A DNA stretch of 60,606 nt, filler included. It is 4 parts of 4 records of this genome, joined end to end, with 100 filler letters (N's around TTAATTAATTAA, not from the genome) between each part and the next. Parts side by side here need not be neighbours in the genome. Positions count along the whole stretch, not along the records: positions 35,224 to 53,643 come from SRR31156797_8813; 3 more parts are not named here. One strand, given 5' to 3'. How positions within the stretch are numbered: the first letter of the stretch is position 1; the number at the start of each line of letters is the position of its first letter. The notes below the pieces were generated by a model. The model saw only the letters and a list, made by a program, of their open reading frames with translations, was not told where the DNA came from and searched no databases. A program made the translations under genes and the position numbers. Below are positions 39,052 through 49,093 of this stretch, in pieces.

Positions 39052-39570
39052 TTAATTAGAAGGGAGCAAATTCAAATATTTTTCTATTATATCCTTTGGG
39101 TAAACATCACTGCTGATGCGGTTGTATGCTTGTTGCACCAACTCTTTTTGCTCCTCCGGTATAGTTTCTTCTGCCATGGGATAAAGCACATTATCTTCTT
39201 TGTAAATATGATCCTGGAGCAGATAGCAGTAACCACGGGCACTGTCAAGTATCTTTTCTTTACTATTTGCTTCAAGGCCTTCTTCCAGACCTTTCACAAA
39301 CCGACGTCCTTCATCATGTTCGTGCAGCATTACCGGAATCGGATTACAATGCATACCTATTGCATTTTCAAGCATTGTTTTAAATAAAATATCTTCTTCT
39401 TTGGCGTGATGATAACCATCGGCATAATTCTTTATAAAATCAATTACTTTAATGAAATAATTCTTGTCCGGTTCTTTTCCGTTTTCTATTTCACTGCATT
39501 CATTTAATACGGCATCAATAACTTTGAGTATGTTTTGATGCTCTTCTGATAATACACTGGTAATATCCAT
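39052..39570 (-). CDS. Hemerythrin HHE cation-binding domain protein
   Basis: LSEEHQNI, YADGYHHAKEE.ILF, MLHEHDEGR, HIYKEDNVLYP. Confidence 0.9.
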   Translation of the reverse strand: MDITSVLSEEHQNILKVIDAVLNECSEIENGKEPDKNYFIKVIDFIKNYADGYHHAKEEDILFKTMLENAIGMHCNPIPVMLHEHDEGRRFVKGLEEGLEANSKEKILDSARGYCYLLQDHIYKEDNVLYPMAEETIPEEQKELVQQAYNRISSDVYPKDIIEKYLNLLPSN

Positions 39571-39584
39571 TTTTTTATTCTTTA

Positions 39585-40517
39585 TTATTTTGATAATTCA
39601 AGCATTCTTGTGATAGGCAATCTTGCCTTTGCTATGATTTCACTACTTAGCTTAATCTCATACCGTTCGTATAACAAACTATCATGTATTTTTTGCAGCG
39701 TATGCAACTTCATGTATTTACAATCGCTGCAACCACAGGTTGAATCGACAGGCGGTGCCGGTATAAAATGTTTTTCCGGACTTTTCTTTTTCATTTGATG
39801 CAAAATGCCCGATTCGGTTGCCACAATATAAATCCTGCCCTCATCGGTTTGGGTAAAGTTGAGCAATGCGGAGGTTGAGCCAATAAAATCTGCTGCAATC
39901 TGAATTGGTTTCTGGCATTCAGGATGAGCTATTAACTTAGCCTTCGGGTATTGGTCTTTCAGTTCTAAAATTCTTTCGAGTGAGAACTCCTCGTGTACAT
40001 GACAAGCACCATCCCACAATACCATGTCTCTGCCTGTAATGCTGTTCAGGTAATTTCCAAGATTCCGGTCCGGGGCAAATATTATTTTTTTCTCCGGTGG
40101 AATGCTCTCTATCACCTGTTTGGCATTTGTTGAAGTGCATGTTATATCGGTCAGGGTTTTTATTTCTGCTGTTGTATTGACGTATGAAACTACTATATGA
40201 TCGGGGTATTTCTCCCTGAATTTTTTAAAATCGGGGTAAGGACAAGAATCTGCCAGCGAGCAGCCTGCTTCAATATCCGGTATCAGTACTTTTTTTGATG
40301 GCGAAAGAATTTTTGCGGTCTCGGCCATGAAATGCACGCCGGCAAATACAATAATATCTGCATCAGTTTCTGCTGATTTTCTGCTCAAATCGAGGCTGTC
40401 GCCCACAAAGTCGGCAATTTCCTGTATTTCCCAAATTTGATAATAGTGAGCAAGCAATACGGCATTTTTTTGCTTCTTAAGTTCCTTGATCTTTTCTATC
40501 AGAGCCTTGTTTTTCAT
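39585..40517 (-). CDS. nadA: Quinolinate synthase
   Basis: LAHYYQ, GDSL.LS, GVHFMAE, AGCSLA, YVNT, APDRNLG, CHVH, AHPEC, C.YMK. Confidence 0.96.
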   Translation of the reverse strand: MKNKALIEKIKELKKQKNAVLLAHYYQIWEIQEIADFVGDSLDLSRKSAETDADIIVFAGVHFMAETAKILSPSKKVLIPDIEAGCSLADSCPYPDFKKFREKYPDHIVVSYVNTTAEIKTLTDITCTSTNAKQVIESIPPEKKIIFAPDRNLGNYLNSITGRDMVLWDGACHVHEEFSLERILELKDQYPKAKLIAHPECQKPIQIAADFIGSTSALLNFTQTDEGRIYIVATESGILHQMKKKSPEKHFIPAPPVDSTCGCSDCKYMKLHTLQKIHDSLLYERYEIKLSSEIIAKARLPITRMLELSK

Positions 40518-40524
40518 TGAATTT

Positions 40525-40968
40525 CTACTTTTTAATTACATCCGTTAGCACTGCCTTTCCATCGCGGATTTTTTCAGCCAGTGATTGTATGGTTTCTTCC
40601 CGGACTATTTGGTAAAACCCGTTTCTTACTGTTAGGTATTGATAATGCAAAGGGCAGGGATTTTCATCACTGCAATTTTTAAGTCCAAAACCACATTTAT
40701 GAAAAATCTTATTGCCCTCCATTACTTCAATCACATCATATAACGTGTATTTTGATTGGTTTTTGTCGAAGAAAAAACCACCACCACGGCCTTTCATTGA
40801 GTCAATAAACGAATGCTTTGTAAGCGTTTGTAAAATTTTGGCGCAAAAAGCTTTGGGAGCCTCAATTTCTTTAGCTATTTCATAAACGCCCGGCCTTTTA
40901 TTTTCCCAGTTTTTCAGTTGGATATAAACCAACGCCCTTAGAGCATATTCAGTTCCTTTTGCCAACAT
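40525..40968 (-). CDS. Rrf2-family transcriptional regulator (NsrR/IscR-like, 3 Cys)
   Basis: TEYALRAL, KILQ.L, S.KGRGGGF, CGFGLKNCSDENPCPLH. Confidence 0.92.
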   Translation of the reverse strand: MLAKGTEYALRALVYIQLKNWENKRPGVYEIAKEIEAPKAFCAKILQTLTKHSFIDSMKGRGGGFFFDKNQSKYTLYDVIEVMEGNKIFHKCGFGLKNCSDENPCPLHYQYLTVRNGFYQIVREETIQSLAEKIRDGKAVLTDVIKK

Positions 40969-40972
40969 ATTT

Positions 40973-41701
40973 TTATAGTTCTCTGATTATTAGATTCTCT
41001 AACGATATAGCTTTTTTAAACAGGATATTGTTTTCAAGATGAATATGCTTATGCAAATCCTGTTCAAAATCCTTAAGTGTTTCGTAGGTAATCCTATATG
41101 TAGTGCAACCATCCGGCGGACAAGAATAGTTATTAGTAAGTTCAGAAATTTTCCTGAAACGATCGCCTTCAGTCTGGTGTTCGTCTTCCAACAGATTAAT
41201 AGTCTCAGCTACCTTACCCAAATCCTCATTGGTTTTAAGTCCTTCCTGCTTGATTTTAACAATTTTTCTGATAGCAGGAAACAACATCAGTTCTTCTTTT
41301 TTCATATGGGCAGAAAGAGCACCAGCCAAATCCTCAAACAAATCCCGTACATCGTATAGCTCCGGATGATTTTCGCCATGTGCACCACACAACTTTTCCA
41401 GGTTTTGCTGAAGAAAAGGAATATTTTCATTTACATAAGTATGATGCCTCTTTTCAATATAGTTACATAGTTCATCAAGCTCTAACGAATTCAGATACTT
41501 TGAGTCGGGATCAGTCGATAACACCAAAGCTTCCAACTCGGGTAATATTTCAAAGACATTCACTTTAGATTTTTTACAAGCTTCTTCTATACTTAAATTT
41601 CCCCCACAACAGAAATCAATGTTGTGTTTATTAAGTATTTGCGATGTGCGAAAGTTTTCCTTTACAATATCGCCTACTGGTGTGTTCAAATTTATATTCA
41701 T
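40973..41701 (-). CDS. ric: Iron-sulfur cluster repair di-iron protein (RIC/YtfE/ScdA)
   Basis: IDFCCGG, HH.Y, HGENHPE, HM.KEE..LFP, EH, HIHLENNILF. ATG at 41701. Confidence 0.95.
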   Translation of the reverse strand: MNINLNTPVGDIVKENFRTSQILNKHNIDFCCGGNLSIEEACKKSKVNVFEILPELEALVLSTDPDSKYLNSLELDELCNYIEKRHHTYVNENIPFLQQNLEKLCGAHGENHPELYDVRDLFEDLAGALSAHMKKEELMLFPAIRKIVKIKQEGLKTNEDLGKVAETINLLEDEHQTEGDRFRKISELTNNYSCPPDGCTTYRITYETLKDFEQDLHKHIHLENNILFKKAISLENLIIREL

Positions 41702-41723
41702 TATAAATTGGTTTAATTTCTGA

Positions 41724-41784
41724 CAAATATACAAAAAAAGATAAGAGGACAAAAGGCTCTTTTTATAATTTTATAGTATATTTG
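41724..41784. promoter_or_regulatory. Divergent Bacteroidota-type promoters (-7 TATATTTG on each strand) with a central imperfect inverted repeat
   Basis: CAAATATA 41724-31 (minus) and TATATTTG 41777-84 (plus). ATAAGAGGA..TCTTTTTAT at 41741-41766 is centred between them. Confidence 0.6.
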
Positions 41785-41812
41785 TTCAACAAACTCAAAA
41801 ACGGATGAAATT

Positions 41813-44059
41813 ATGAGCACAAAAAAACTTTGGATCGGATTTATTCTGGTAATGGTACTTTCTTTTGGAGTACTGGGGTATTATGGAATCGAGATTTACC
41901 GCGAGGCGCCGCCAATACCTGAAAAAATTGTAAATGCTTCCGGAAAAGTTCTTTTTACCGGACAGGACATTAAAGATGGCCAAAATATCTGGCAATCAAT
42001 GGGTGGTCAGGAAGTTGGTTCTGTATGGGGACATGGTGCCTATCAGGCAACTGACTGGACAGCAGACTGGCTGCATCGTGAAGCACTTTTTTTGCTGGAC
42101 CAATACGCCCAAAATGAGTTTAATGATGGTTACGATAATTTAAATGAAGAACAAAAAGCCATGTTGGAGAAAAGGCTTCAGGAGGAAATGAGAAAAAATA
42201 CTTATGATCCTAAAAGCAAAACGATAAAAATATCCAACCTAAGGGCACAGGCATTTAAAGAAATCGGGACACATTACAAAGACCTGTTCATGGATGGTGC
42301 AGATAAAGCTGATTTACGAGAGGCTTATGCTATTCCACCAAATAGTATAAAAGATGAGGACAGAATGTTTAAAATGAATGCTTTCTTTTTTTGGGCTACC
42401 TGGGTAACAGTTACAGAACGTCCGGGGGAAGAAATAACTTATACAAATAATTGGCCACCGGAAAAGCTGGTAGGCAATGAGCCCACGGGTTCTTTACTTT
42501 TATGGACCGGATTTAGCGTAATTATTTTGCTTGCAGGAATTGGATTTCTTGCTTTATATTATGCTTCAAACAGGAAAAAAGAGGAAGAGGAAACAGGTGA
42601 AGCTCCCAGCGTAAACCCATTGTCGGGTATTAAGCAAACCCCTTCTATGAAAGCTACACTAAAATATTTCTGGGTAGTTACTGCACTTATTTTAGTCCAA
42701 ATATTGATGGGGATTATTACAGCCCACTATGGTGTTGAGGGGCTTGAATTTTATGGGCTTCCGCTGGCTGAAATTTTACCGTATTCTGTTTCCAGAACCT
42801 GGCATATTCAATTGGCAATCTTTTGGATAGCTACATCGTGGCTGGCAACAGGCTTGTTTATTGCACCGGCCATATCAGGCAAAGAACCGAAGTATCAAAA
42901 ATTGGGTGTTAACTTTCTATTCATTGCTTTATTAATTATTGTTATAGGCTCGTTAGCAGGACAATGGATGGGTATTATGCAAAAACTTGGATTAGCACAA
43001 AACTTCTGGTTTGGTCATCAAGGCTATGAATATGTAGATTTGGGTCGATTTTGGCAAATATTTTTATTCCTTGGTTTATTTATTTGGCTGTTTTTAATGG
43101 GCAGAGCAATTTGGCCGGCACTCAAAGAGAGAAATGAAAACCGACACTTACTGTTGATGTTTTTAATTGCATCTATCGCCATTGCAGCATTTTACGGCGC
43201 TGGTTTAATGTGGGGACAGCAAACACACCTTACTGTTGCCGAGTATTGGCGTTGGTGGGTGGTCCATCTTTGGGTAGAAGGTTTCTTTGAAGTTTTTGCA
43301 ACCGTGGCCATTGCATTTTTATTTGTGCGCATGCAATTAATAAGAGCAAGCATAGCTACTGCAAGTGTGTTGTTTTCAACGATTATTTTTCTTTCAGGTG
43401 GAATAATAGGAACATTTCACCATTTGTATTTTGCAGGAACGCCAACTGCCGTGCTGGCGTTGGGGGCAACGTTTAGTGCCCTGGAGGTAGTCCCGCTGGT
43501 GTTCATGGGCTTTGAGGCCTATCACAACCTCAGATTGAGCCGCGTTAAAGAGTGGGTGGCGGCTTATAAATGGCCAATTTACTTTTTCATAGCGGTGGCA
43601 TTTTGGAACCTCGTTGGAGCTGGTATTTTCGGGTTCCTTATCAACCCTCCGATTGCACTCTACTACATGCAGGGACTCAATACAACTCCGGTACACGGTC
43701 ACACTGCCTTGTTTGGTGTTTATGGTATGCTTGGAATAGGTTTAATGTTATTTGTACTTCGCGATATGGATCTCACTTCAATATGGAAAGAAAAGGCCAT
43801 ACGAAATGCCTTTTGGGCTATGAATATTGGTTTGGTACTGATGGTGTTGCTTAGCGTTTTACCAGTAGGTCTTGCACAAACCGTGGCCAGTGTGAAGCAT
43901 GGTTTATGGTATGCCCGTTCGGCAGAATTCTTACAATCGCCAACACTGGAAACAATCAGATGGTTAAGAGCGATTGGTGATACCATTTTTGCAGTTGGTG
44001 CATTGTACCTTGCCTGGTTTGTTTTAGGTTTAAAAACAGGCTGGTCGCTTAAAAAATAA
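41813..44059 (+). CDS. norB: Quinol-dependent nitric oxide reductase (qNOR)
   Basis: GSVWGHGAY..DWTADWLH, QGYEYVDLGR, WWVVHLWVEGFFEVF, GTFHH, HGH, WYARS. Confidence 0.96.
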   Translation: MSTKKLWIGFILVMVLSFGVLGYYGIEIYREAPPIPEKIVNASGKVLFTGQDIKDGQNIWQSMGGQEVGSVWGHGAYQATDWTADWLHREALFLLDQYAQNEFNDGYDNLNEEQKAMLEKRLQEEMRKNTYDPKSKTIKISNLRAQAFKEIGTHYKDLFMDGADKADLREAYAIPPNSIKDEDRMFKMNAFFFWATWVTVTERPGEEITYTNNWPPEKLVGNEPTGSLLLWTGFSVIILLAGIGFLALYYASNRKKEEEETGEAPSVNPLSGIKQTPSMKATLKYFWVVTALILVQILMGIITAHYGVEGLEFYGLPLAEILPYSVSRTWHIQLAIFWIATSWLATGLFIAPAISGKEPKYQKLGVNFLFIALLIIVIGSLAGQWMGIMQKLGLAQNFWFGHQGYEYVDLGRFWQIFLFLGLFIWLFLMGRAIWPALKERNENRHLLLMFLIASIAIAAFYGAGLMWGQQTHLTVAEYWRWWVVHLWVEGFFEVFATVAIAFLFVRMQLIRASIATASVLFSTIIFLSGGIIGTFHHLYFAGTPTAVLALGATFSALEVVPLVFMGFEAYHNLRLSRVKEWVAAYKWPIYFFIAVAFWNLVGAGIFGFLINPPIALYYMQGLNTTPVHGHTALFGVYGMLGIGLMLFVLRDMDLTSIWKEKAIRNAFWAMNIGLVLMVLLSVLPVGLAQTVASVKHGLWYARSAEFLQSPTLETIRWLRAIGDTIFAVGALYLAWFVLGLKTGWSLKK

Positions 44060-44086
44060 ATTACAAATAGAATCAACTTATCACTC

Positions 44087-44122
44087 ACTCCCGGTTAATT
44101 GTTTTTAGCCGGGAGTTATTTT
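44087..44122 (+). terminator. Rho-independent terminator after norB
   Basis: ACTCCCGGTTAA / TTAGCCGGGAGT stem followed by TATTTT. Confidence 0.75.
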
Positions 44123-44249
44123 ATTCGTAAAATCCATAGGTATTTATTTTTTGTTCAAAATATTGTTTACATTCTTTATTTTTTCAATCAATCTAATACG
44201 CTATTTTTCAAAATATTGCAGAAAACACCTAAAAAATAAATTAAAATAA

Positions 44250-44280
44250 TTTGCATGTTAGCGAACATTAACTAACTTTG
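44250..44280 (+). promoter_or_regulatory. Bacteroidota promoter (-33 TTTG, -7 TAACTTTG) overlapped by TetR operator 1
   Basis: TTTG 44250-53, TAACTTTG 44273-80, and inverted repeat GTTAGCGAACATTAACTAAC at 44257-44276. Confidence 0.75.
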
Positions 44281-44319
44281 TTCGTATATAAAATAGAAAT
44301 GATTCAAAAAAATATACAA

Positions 44320-44895
44320 ATGTATACAGAACGGCAACACGAAATTATAAATACAGCCCTTGAGCTTATTAATAAAAAAGGTATACAAGGGCTTACAATT
44401 AAGAACTTATCAAAGAAGATCGGAATTAGTGAGCCAGCCATATATCGCCATTTCGAGAATAAAATAGAGATTTTATCAGCAGTACTAGACCTGTTTCAGT
44501 ACAATAGTGCTCAAATTTTCAAAGAAAAATTAGTGGGTGAGCACTCAGCACCGGCTAAAATCTCAATATTGTTTAAAAGACATTTTAAACTTATAGCGGC
44601 CACACCGGCTCTATCTGCTGTAATCTTTTCGGAAGAAATTTTTAGAAATGAACCTTCATTGGTAAATAAAATCACTGAAATAATTGAACGAAACCAACAA
44701 ATGGTTGCAGAAATCATTATTCAGGGACAAAAAAATAGAGAAATCAGAAAAGATATTGATGCAAAAAACCTGTCGACCATTATTTTAGGGACCTTACGAC
44801 TTTTTGTGAAAAACTGGCAATTTTCGGCTTTCTCGTTTGATCTTGAGAAAGAAGGAGATAAAGCACTCAATGATATTTTAAAATTAATCAAATAA
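44320..44895 (+). CDS. TetR/AcrR-family transcriptional regulator
   Basis: TERQHEII..A..LI...GIQGLTIKNLSKKIGISEPAIYRHF. Confidence 0.93.
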   Translation: MYTERQHEIINTALELINKKGIQGLTIKNLSKKIGISEPAIYRHFENKIEILSAVLDLFQYNSAQIFKEKLVGEHSAPAKISILFKRHFKLIAATPALSAVIFSEEIFRNEPSLVNKITEIIERNQQMVAEIIIQGQKNREIRKDIDAKNLSTIILGTLRLFVKNWQFSAFSFDLEKEGDKALNDILKLIK

Positions 44896-44942
44896 CTTAT
44901 TAACTATAATGGAGTAAATCTCCATTTTTTAAGCAACGATAA

Positions 44943-44962
44943 GTTAGTTAATGTTAACTACA
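44943..44962. promoter_or_regulatory. TetR operator copy 2 at the transporter start
   Basis: GTTAGTTAATGTTAACTACA is nearly the reverse complement of operator 1. It is preceded by the hairpin AATGGAG/CTCCATT (44908-44926). Confidence 0.7.
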
Positions 44963-47260
44963 ATGGAAAAAATACTGAAAAATTTATTGAAAACACCTTG
45001 GATAATAACTATTTCTATCCTGGTATTAAGTGTGGTTTTCTTTTGGTTCATGAAGGATAATTCCCGCATGGAGACCGATCTGGACGAGTACATGCCGCAG
45101 GATCATCCGGCTTTTGTCTACAGCGACAGCGCCGAAGAATGGTTCGATATTAAAGACGGCATTATCGTTGCCATCGAAGATCAGCGAGGCATTTACAACT
45201 CTGAAACGATGGATACGCTGAAACAACTTACCAAAAGGTTGCAGCGTATGAAAGAAATCGATAAAGATGATGTCACCTCGCTTTATACCGCCGACAATAT
45301 CACGGGAACAGATCTGGGCTTAGATGTAAAACCCTTTTTTACCCGGGTGCCAAAATCTGAAAAAGATTTGCAAAAACTACGAAGAAATGTGGAAACCAAT
45401 GAAATGACTTACGGCCGCATGGTTTCGGAAGATGGCACGGTAGTGCTGATTATGGCCGAGATCGAAGATTCTGTTTTTACACAGGAGTTTTATGACAGAA
45501 TTTTGACCACTACCAAGGCTTCGGAAACCGATCATATCAAAATTCACGTGGCCGGGCGCCCCATTGTAGAAGGTACACTTGCATTGCTGGGACCGGCTGA
45601 CATGAAACGCATGGTTCCCATCGTGCTTATTATCATTGTTCTGGTATTGTACCTCATGCTGCGCAGCATAAAAAGTACATTACTCACCCTGTCTGTGGTT
45701 TTTTTTAGTACGCTATGGGCTTTCGGTCTGATGGCCATGTTGGGTATTCCCATATATTCTGTCTCTACCATGATGCCGGTAATGCTCATTGCCATCGGGG
45801 TAGCTGACGGTATTCACCTGTATTCTCATTTGCAACTGTATCTCAGGCACAATGAGGGGGCTTCAAAAGTTACCGCCGTAAAAGACATGCTCCACAAAAT
45901 GTGGAAACCCGTGGCCATTACATCCATTACCACATCGGTAGGTTTTATTTCATTGCTTACTTCAGAGGTTTACCCGATCAAATATTTCGGGATTTTCACC
46001 GCTTTTGGCGTAATGACAGCCATGATATTCTCACTGGTTTTTATTCCTGCTGGTATTATGATTTTTGGTCTGCCAAAGGTTAAAACAGTTAAAGAACAGT
46101 CAGGCTCTAAGATTAAAGAATGGGCAAACCATTTTGCTGAAAAAGTATTGTTCCATAAAAAATGGTCAATTATTGTAACTGCGGCAATTATCGCACTATC
46201 AATCATTGGTATACAAAAAGTGTGGATTAACTCCAGTTTTCTCGACAAGTTTGAAAAAGACAGCGATATTGTGCAAACCGATGCATTTATTAATCAGCAT
46301 TTTGGAGGCACAACAAACCTGAACCTGATACTCGATGCAGGCAATGACCAAAAAGACATTTTTAAACAACCGCATGTATTACGACTGGTAGAGGAAATGG
46401 AAAATCATGTCAACGACAGTCTTCAGATTGTAGGACAAACTTTCTCGCTTACCGATTACCTAAAACGCATGAACAAGGTTATGAATGCCGATGATGAGGC
46501 GTTTAATAAAATTCCTCAAACACAAAACATGGTAGCGCAATACCTGCTGCTCTATGAAATGTCAGGCGATCCCAAAAACTTAGACCGTGTAGTTGATTAC
46601 GATTATACAAAACTGAACGTGAACTTTCAGCTTAAAAGCGACGACACAAAAGCTATTAATTCAGCTTTGTCAATTATTAATCAATATAATAGGAATTTTA
46701 AAGAAAAGGGCATAGAAGTAAATTATGCCGGTAGCGGTTACACCGGGCTGGTTTTTACCGATTTAATTCTCGAAGGGCAAATAAAAAGCCTCATCATGTC
46801 GCTTTTTATCGTAATTATTTTGCTGGGTTTGATGTACAAAAACATTAAAGCCGGGTTTATTGGAGCAGTACCCATTTCTATTACAGCATTTATGAGTTTT
46901 GGTGTGATGGGGTTTCTCAATATTCCCTTGAACACAACATCAGCCTTGTTGTCGAGCATTGCCATTGGGATTGGGATTGACTACGCCGTGCATTTTATCG
47001 AACAATACAAGCTTAACCTGAAAACTACGGGTGACCGTTTACTGGCAGCACAGCATACCATGAATCATTCCGGGAGGGCAATCAGTTACAACGCAATTGT
47101 GGTAATTGCCGGGTTTCTTGTGTTACTATTCTCTGTTTTCCCGCCCAACCGTGAACTTGGCGCATTGGTATCGTTCAACATGTTTACCAGCTTCCTCGGC
47201 ACAGTAACCATCATGCTGGTATTACTCCATGTAACCAAAACATTTAAAAAGAAATCATAA
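44963..47260 (+). CDS. MMPL/RND-family transporter
   Basis: Two repeats of TM-periplasmic domain-5TM. IAIGVADGIH and IGIGIDYAVH motifs, TSITTSVGF.SL. Confidence 0.92.
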   Translation: MEKILKNLLKTPWIITISILVLSVVFFWFMKDNSRMETDLDEYMPQDHPAFVYSDSAEEWFDIKDGIIVAIEDQRGIYNSETMDTLKQLTKRLQRMKEIDKDDVTSLYTADNITGTDLGLDVKPFFTRVPKSEKDLQKLRRNVETNEMTYGRMVSEDGTVVLIMAEIEDSVFTQEFYDRILTTTKASETDHIKIHVAGRPIVEGTLALLGPADMKRMVPIVLIIIVLVLYLMLRSIKSTLLTLSVVFFSTLWAFGLMAMLGIPIYSVSTMMPVMLIAIGVADGIHLYSHLQLYLRHNEGASKVTAVKDMLHKMWKPVAITSITTSVGFISLLTSEVYPIKYFGIFTAFGVMTAMIFSLVFIPAGIMIFGLPKVKTVKEQSGSKIKEWANHFAEKVLFHKKWSIIVTAAIIALSIIGIQKVWINSSFLDKFEKDSDIVQTDAFINQHFGGTTNLNLILDAGNDQKDIFKQPHVLRLVEEMENHVNDSLQIVGQTFSLTDYLKRMNKVMNADDEAFNKIPQTQNMVAQYLLLYEMSGDPKNLDRVVDYDYTKLNVNFQLKSDDTKAINSALSIINQYNRNFKEKGIEVNYAGSGYTGLVFTDLILEGQIKSLIMSLFIVIILLGLMYKNIKAGFIGAVPISITAFMSFGVMGFLNIPLNTTSALLSSIAIGIGIDYAVHFIEQYKLNLKTTGDRLLAAQHTMNHSGRAISYNAIVVIAGFLVLLFSVFPPNRELGALVSFNMFTSFLGTVTIMLVLLHVTKTFKKKS

Positions 47261-47279
47261 ACCTAAAAACATAATAACT

Positions 47280-48062
47280 ATGAACCGAATCAAATTTTTC
47301 AAAACCGCAATTGCAGTTATCCTGATAGCTGCTACAAGCGCACTGAGCGCACAAACAATGACCGGACGCGAAATTGTAAGCAAATCCTACAACCGCCCCA
47401 CGGGCGACGATCAGGTTTCCAACCTGAAAATGACACTGATCAACAGCCGTGGAAGTGAGCGGGTAAGAGAAATACAACAATTTACCCGCGACAATGGCAA
47501 GGTAGAAAAGAGCATTATGTTCTTTTTGGCCCCGGCCGATGTGAAAAATACATCGTTCATGAACTTTTCTTATAGCGATGACAGAGCCGATGACCAATGG
47601 ATTTACCTACCGGCTTTACGTAAAGTGAAACGTATTTCGAGCGACAGCAAAAGTGATTATTTTATGGGGTCCGACTTTACGTACGATGATCTGGGAGACC
47701 GCAAACTGGACGAGGATAACCATAAGCTCCTGCGATCGGAAACAATAAATGGCAAAGATTGCTATGTAGTCGAAAGCGTTTCAAAGAACCCCGATTACAT
47801 GTATTCAAAAACAATCACCTGGATTAATAAGAACAACTTCATTGGAGTAAAAAAAGAGTTTTACGATGAAGATGGAGAATTACTGAAAATACTTCACATC
47901 AGGAAATATGAAAATGTTTCGGGTTTTGACATCATCACTCATTCTGAGATGGAAAATGTACAGCGTGAACACAAGACAAAGATGGTGCTGTCTGATGTGA
48001 AGATTAATGTAGGTGTTTCAGATAGCAAATTCTCACAACGTATGATGATGCGTGGATTGTAG
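47280..48062 (+). CDS. Outer-membrane lipoprotein-sorting (LolA-like) periplasmic protein
   Basis: Signal peptide, F..PADVK.T.F, DDQWIYLPALRKVKRI, FMGSDFTYDD. Confidence 0.88.
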   Translation: MNRIKFFKTAIAVILIAATSALSAQTMTGREIVSKSYNRPTGDDQVSNLKMTLINSRGSERVREIQQFTRDNGKVEKSIMFFLAPADVKNTSFMNFSYSDDRADDQWIYLPALRKVKRISSDSKSDYFMGSDFTYDDLGDRKLDEDNHKLLRSETINGKDCYVVESVSKNPDYMYSKTITWINKNNFIGVKKEFYDEDGELLKILHIRKYENVSGFDIITHSEMENVQREHKTKMVLSDVKINVGVSDSKFSQRMMMRGL

Positions 48063-48137
48063 ATTACGAATGATCTAACAGAAAAAACCTCTGGGAATGG
48101 AAACAAATTGGGCCGGAAACACACACACAACATTAAA

Positions 48138-49016
48138 ATGAGAAATGTAATCATTATCGGTTTTTTACTATTGATTGGTAGTACCATATGGGCACAACCG
48201 GAACATGCCATTGATCTGGATCAAATGGCAGAAATTAGAGCAGGCAACAGTTACATTACTTTCCCGACTGATATCGGGAATTTGGAACCTTTGTGGTTCG
48301 AAGGTAATGTTAAGCCTAACTTCATGATTCGTCAATCGAAAAATGCCCGGTTAATGGGTGTGCTTACTCCTCAGATTATTTTACGAATGTATCAGGAAGA
48401 GTCGTACCCGGTGCGCACGCCAAGTTATATTCCTCACATCAGCGTATACTATCAGCTTAATAAAAAAGCAGCCGGTACTTTTACGCTGATGGGGAAACTT
48501 GGCCACCACTCCAATGGTCAGGAGGGCGAATACCTGCTAACTGATGGCAGCATTAACCGAAAAACAGGGAATTTTGCAACCAATTACTTCGAATTAGGGC
48601 TTTTTAAAACCCGTTATAGTCAGTTTTTTAATGCACATCAAATTATCCGGTCTTCTTTTGAAGTGCATCCCAAAGGGTGGATTATGGAAGAAATGGATGA
48701 CAACTATGGTCGCTATCGCTGGAAAGTTGCACTAAATATTTTTAAGTTATACCATAAGGAAACAAAACCAAAAGATAAAGCTCCTTTTTCAGTAAAAACC
48801 GAACTGACATGGTTGTTTGGTAAATTGGGCGAAGTAGAAAATATATCGTCAGAACGTTTTTTTGCTAAACTCACGCTCTATTATCATCCTTCATTTTTAG
48901 AGGAGATCGGTTTTTTCGTACAGTTTTATCACGGCAGGGATTATTACAACATTTATTTTGATCATGAACTGGATGTTGTTCGTTTCGGCATTATGACAGA
49001 AAAACTCAGTTTTTAA
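48138..49016 (+). CDS. Outer-membrane phospholipase A-like beta-barrel protein
   Basis: Signal peptide, SYPVRTPSY.P, HHSNGQ (OMPLA HxSNG catalytic-type motif), amphipathic strands. Confidence 0.6.
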   Translation: MRNVIIIGFLLLIGSTIWAQPEHAIDLDQMAEIRAGNSYITFPTDIGNLEPLWFEGNVKPNFMIRQSKNARLMGVLTPQIILRMYQEESYPVRTPSYIPHISVYYQLNKKAAGTFTLMGKLGHHSNGQEGEYLLTDGSINRKTGNFATNYFELGLFKTRYSQFFNAHQIIRSSFEVHPKGWIMEEMDDNYGRYRWKVALNIFKLYHKETKPKDKAPFSVKTELTWLFGKLGEVENISSERFFAKLTLYYHPSFLEEIGFFVQFYHGRDYYNIYFDHELDVVRFGIMTEKLSF

Positions 49017-49093
49017 TCCGGAAAATATTTACAAACTCAAATAGCCAAAGCAAAAAGGTAGAAGCGAACAATCAACAGTAAAAACTATAAAAA

